Origin: Lama glama
Lineage: Eukaryota
Length of the DNA stretch: 64,000 bases
Direction of reading: 5' to 3'
Assembly (NCBI GenBank): GCA_028534125.1
Contig: CM052825.1
Span: forward strand, 620,001-684,000
The stretch's first letter is position 1. Every line of letters begins with the position of its first letter. Below are positions 60,735 through 64,000 of this stretch, in pieces. Both the position numbers and the translations under genes were made by a program. The notes under the pieces are model-generated. The model searched no databases, was not told the DNA's origin, and worked only from the letters and a program-made list of their open reading frames with translations.

Positions 60735-61070
60735 GTGTGTTTGTTCTCTATTCCTGCACAACAAATTAACACAAATATGGGGAGAGGGTCTAGTTCAGTG
60801 GTAGAGCACATGCTTAGCATGCACGAGGTCCTGGATTCAATCCCCAGCACCTCCACTGAAAAACCAAATAAACCTAATTACCTCCCTCCTGCAAATAAAT
60901 AAATAAATGGATAAAAAAATTAACACAAAGTTTAGCAGCTTAAAACAACAAGCAGGTATGATCTCACAGTCTCTGTGGGCCAGGCATTGGATGTGACTTA
61001 GCTCTGTGCCAGTAGGCACTACACAGCTTGTAACCCAGCAGCTGTGATTTGGGGCTGCCTGAAATCTACA
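60735..61070 (-). mobile_element. MLT1 (ERVL-MaLR) LTR remnant, interrupted by a SINE
   Basis: ctattcctgcacaacaaattaacacaaa / tttagcagcttaaaacaaca...atctcacagtctctgtgggccagg matches an MLT1 terminus. Confidence 0.65.
60779..60916 (+). mobile_element. tRNA-derived camelid SINE (Vic-1 type), long form
   Basis: ggggagagggtctagttcagtggtagagcacatgcttagcatgcacgaggtcctggattcaatccccagcacctcc (A and B boxes), then aaataaacctaattacctcc and an (AAAT)n tail. 13-bp TSD aaattaacacaaa at 60763-75 and 60917-29. Confidence 0.92.
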
Positions 61071-61571
61071 GAACCATATAGAATAGAGCATCTATAGAAT
61101 GGATACTAGAACTCCAATACTAGCCCCCTAGTATCTGAGGGAGGCCCTGCGCTCTCCATCCTACCCAGGATGAGGTACTGCTTCTCATGGGCACTCCTGG
61201 CCAGCAAGGGCATCTTGAGAGGCTTCCATTGGGCCTTTGTTACAATGATGGCTCTTACTCCACAGATCAGAGCTCCAATGGGAAGCTTCTGTCAATTAGT
61301 AAGTAAGGACATGCACCCCAACTTGCATAGAGGTGGGGGAATGACCAGAGCGAGTCTGCGTGTTCACCAGATCGACTGTGAGACAGACTTGGGCCAGGAC
61401 TCCACTCGTGACCTGGACTCTGTCCAGCTCACTCATCAGGGGAGCCAGGACCATTGGGGCTGGTGCCAACTCAAATCCTGTAGCCAGCGGCCTCAGGAGT
61501 TCTGGCTAGTGCCCTTCTCCAGGGCATGGCTCCTCGGGGCTGCTGGTGCCCATGAGGAGGGACTAGAGCAC

Positions 61572-62010
61572 ACGAATGTCCATCAGCGGATGAAGAGAGA
61601 AACACAATGCGGCTCACCCACCCAAGGGAACATGACTCAGCCATGAAAAGGGGTGAAGTTCTGATACCTGTTACACCCTGGATGAACCCTGAACATTATA
61701 CTGTCAAAGAAGCCAGTCACGAAGCACAAGATAGTGTATGATTCTATTCATAGGAAATGTCCAGAACAGGCAAGTCCACAGAGACAGGAAGCAGACGAGT
61801 GACGACCGGAGGCTGGAGGTGGGGGTTCGGGGCACGAGAACAGCCTGAGTGCTTAACGGGTTCAAAGTTTCCTTTTGGGCGATGAAGATGCTCTGGAACT
61901 AGATGGCGGTGATGGTTGCCCAACTCTGTGAACGTACTAAATGCTGCTAAATCAGTCACTTTTAGATGCTTAGAATGGTGAATTTTATGTCGTATGTTTC
62001 TCACCACCAT
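61572..62010 (+). mobile_element. LINE-1 L1MB-like 3' end
   Basis: aatgtccatcagcggatga...tggatgaaccctgaacattatact...gaagccagtcac...aatgtccagaacaggcaagtccacagagacag...ggtgatggttgcccaactctgtgaacgtactaaa. Confidence 0.85.
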
Positions 62011-62111
62011 GAAGTGTTTGTTCCTCATTTAATGTGGTTGTTATTCATGTAAAAGGTATTTGTGTTCAACTTGTTTGTCTTCAGTTCCAGGCTCCTCTGG
62101 CCCTCGGCCAT

Positions 62112-62905
62112 CTTTGTTTTTATTTTATTTTACTTATTTATTTTATTAAACTATAGTCAGTTTACAATCTTGTGTTAATGTCTGGTGCACAGCGGAGTGG
62201 TTCAGTTATACATGTATATATTCCTTCTCATACTCTACTTTATTGCAGGCCATTATAAGTTATTGAATACAGTTCCCTGTGCTGTACAGTAGGACCTTGT
62301 TTGTCTATTTTATGCACAGTAGTGTGTATCTGCAAATCTCAAACGCCCAGTTTATCCCTCCCCACTTTTCCCCTTTGGTAACTGTAAGTTTGTTTTTCAT
62401 GTCTGAGTCTCTTTCTGTTTTGTGAATGTTTGTGTCATTTTTTTAGATTCCACATATAAATTATACCATATGGTATTTCTCTCTTTTTGGCTCACTTCAC
62501 TTAGAATGACGATCCCAGGTCCATCCATGTTGCTGCAAATGGCATTATTTTATTCTTTATTATCGCTGAGTAGTATTCCATTGTATAAATAAACCACAGC
62601 TTCTCTATCCAGTCGTCTGTCGATGGACATTTAGGTTGTTTCCATGTCTTGACTGTTGTAAATAGTGCTGCTGTGAACATTGGGGTGCAGGTGTCTTTTT
62701 GAATTAGAGTTCNNNNNNNNNNNNNNNNNNNNNNNNNNNNNNNNNNNNNNNNNNNNNNNNNNNNNNNNNNNNNNNNNNNNNNNNNNNNNNNNNNNNNNNN
62801 NNNNNNNNNNNNNNNNNNNNNNNNNNNNNNNNNNNNNNNNNNGTTCCGTTTCCTCCACACCCTCTCCAGCGTTCTCCATTTGGGGACTTTTGAATGATGG
62901 CCATC
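62112..62905 (-). mobile_element. younger 5'-truncated LINE-1 (ORF2 C-terminus, 3' UTR, A-rich tail), spanning a gap
   Basis: Translates KDTCTPMFTAALFTTVKTWKQPKCPSTDDWIEKLWFIYTMEYYSAIIKNKIMPFAATWMDL. T-rich tail on the plus strand at ~62112-62147. Confidence 0.93.
62713..62842. other. assembly gap (130 N)
   Basis: Run of n. Confidence 1.
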
Positions 62906-64000
62906 TTTGTCGAATTTGGTTGAAAATATGTAAAACACTAACAAGAGTAACCTGCAAACACTGAATTAGGACAGGTGGGCTGGTCGCACCCCTTCTTCCC
63001 CGATCCAGGGCGCTTCCCACCCGGAACTAAGGTCACAGACCTCCCTCTCCCGCGTCACAGGAGGCCCTCAGCTGACACCTGGTGGGCGTGGCTGGTACTG
63101 CAGCCCTCGCGCCAGCCTGGCTAGCAGGACCGGTCCTGGGAACCCCGAACGCAGCCAGGCTCCGAAACTCCAGAGAAGCAGGAGGGCCCCCGTGGCAGAA
63201 CGGGTGTCTCCACCCGCGGGTGAGGACTTCAGGTCCCGACGACGCGGCTGTCCCAGCAGCAGAGAAAACATCCAGCATATCCACTGGCTCTCACTCCCCA
63301 CACCACGAGCCGGACCCAAAATTCTCTCTTGAAAGGTACGGCAGACTCCCTGAAAAGTCTGGCATCCCCCTCACTCGTCCAGCAGAGCAGGGGGACCCAA
63401 GGCTGGGCACCGATGCCCCAGGACAGAGCCTGGTTCCCTCAGCGAAGCTTCCATGTCTACCTGAAACTTTCAGCCTGTGCTCCCGGGGCTTCTCCGTCAG
63501 GGGACAGGGTGTCTGTGACACCCTCTGTGTCGCTAAGTAGGTGCCCACCGCTGTCACCCAACCCCACCCATGGCTGTTCTTCGTAGGACAGAAACCTCAG
63601 CCAACATTTACACAAAGTGCCAAGCTCACTCACCACATGGCCGGGACCACCTCACCCCGTCGCAGCTCCAGGGGGCCATCTGCCACCTCATGCTGTGGGA
63701 ACATTCCCACCGAACCCCCCAGCAGCCAGGGAAGTGAGCCCCTTCCCTCCCCGGACATATGGGAACAGAGCACAGGACTCTCTGCTAAGCCTCCTCCCAA
63801 AAAAGCACAATTTTCCAAACTCTCTCCTAACATGAGCATTTTCTATGAAAATTTACAATACACTGGCCTCCCAGTCCCTTGGCACACGGCCACCCTAGCT
63901 GATTCCCTTCGCTTAACCTCCTCAGACGGGCAGTTCTCAGGAGATGCTCAACTTCGCTCATTAAAGACGTACATTTAAAGCAAGGTAACACTGTGTTTTT

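Noticed and set aside
60779-60856. tRNA-like sequence
   Set aside because: Has a SINE tail and a TSD, so it is a SINE and not a tRNA gene.
62940-64000. Possible ERV leader/internal sequence (also an LTR-like stretch at ~57340-57720)
   Set aside because: Only a vague resemblance; no PBS, paired LTR or gag motif could be identified by eye.

Overview
GC-rich mammalian DNA, most likely from a camelid (two tRNA-derived SINEs of the Vic-1 type), syntenic to human 7p22.3. The minus strand carries the 5' end of C7orf50/CHLSN (cholesin): a CpG-island promoter and non-coding exon 1 near 58.7 kb, and the first coding exon at 52553-52679. The next intron runs off the left edge of the window (>52 kb). 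Three 7TM receptor genes, each with one coding exon, lie in tandem on the plus strand inside that intron: GPR146 (1340-2341), an intact but very divergent orphan class-A-like 7TM gene (15355-16344; position matches mouse C130050O18Rik as I recall it), and GPER1 (24526-25590). The orphan is the main item of interest. It resembles both neighbours and keeps the structural cysteines and a glycosylation site, but lacks all the canonical activation motifs. Also present: a strong-Kozak 16-codon uORF and a candidate microexon in the GPER1 leader, a perfect RFX X-box in the C7orf50 promoter, minisatellites, LINE-1/LTR remnants and a 130-N assembly gap. Most other ORFs in the track are GC-content artefacts. 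Orthology statements and comparisons with human or mouse sequences are from memory, not from database searches.
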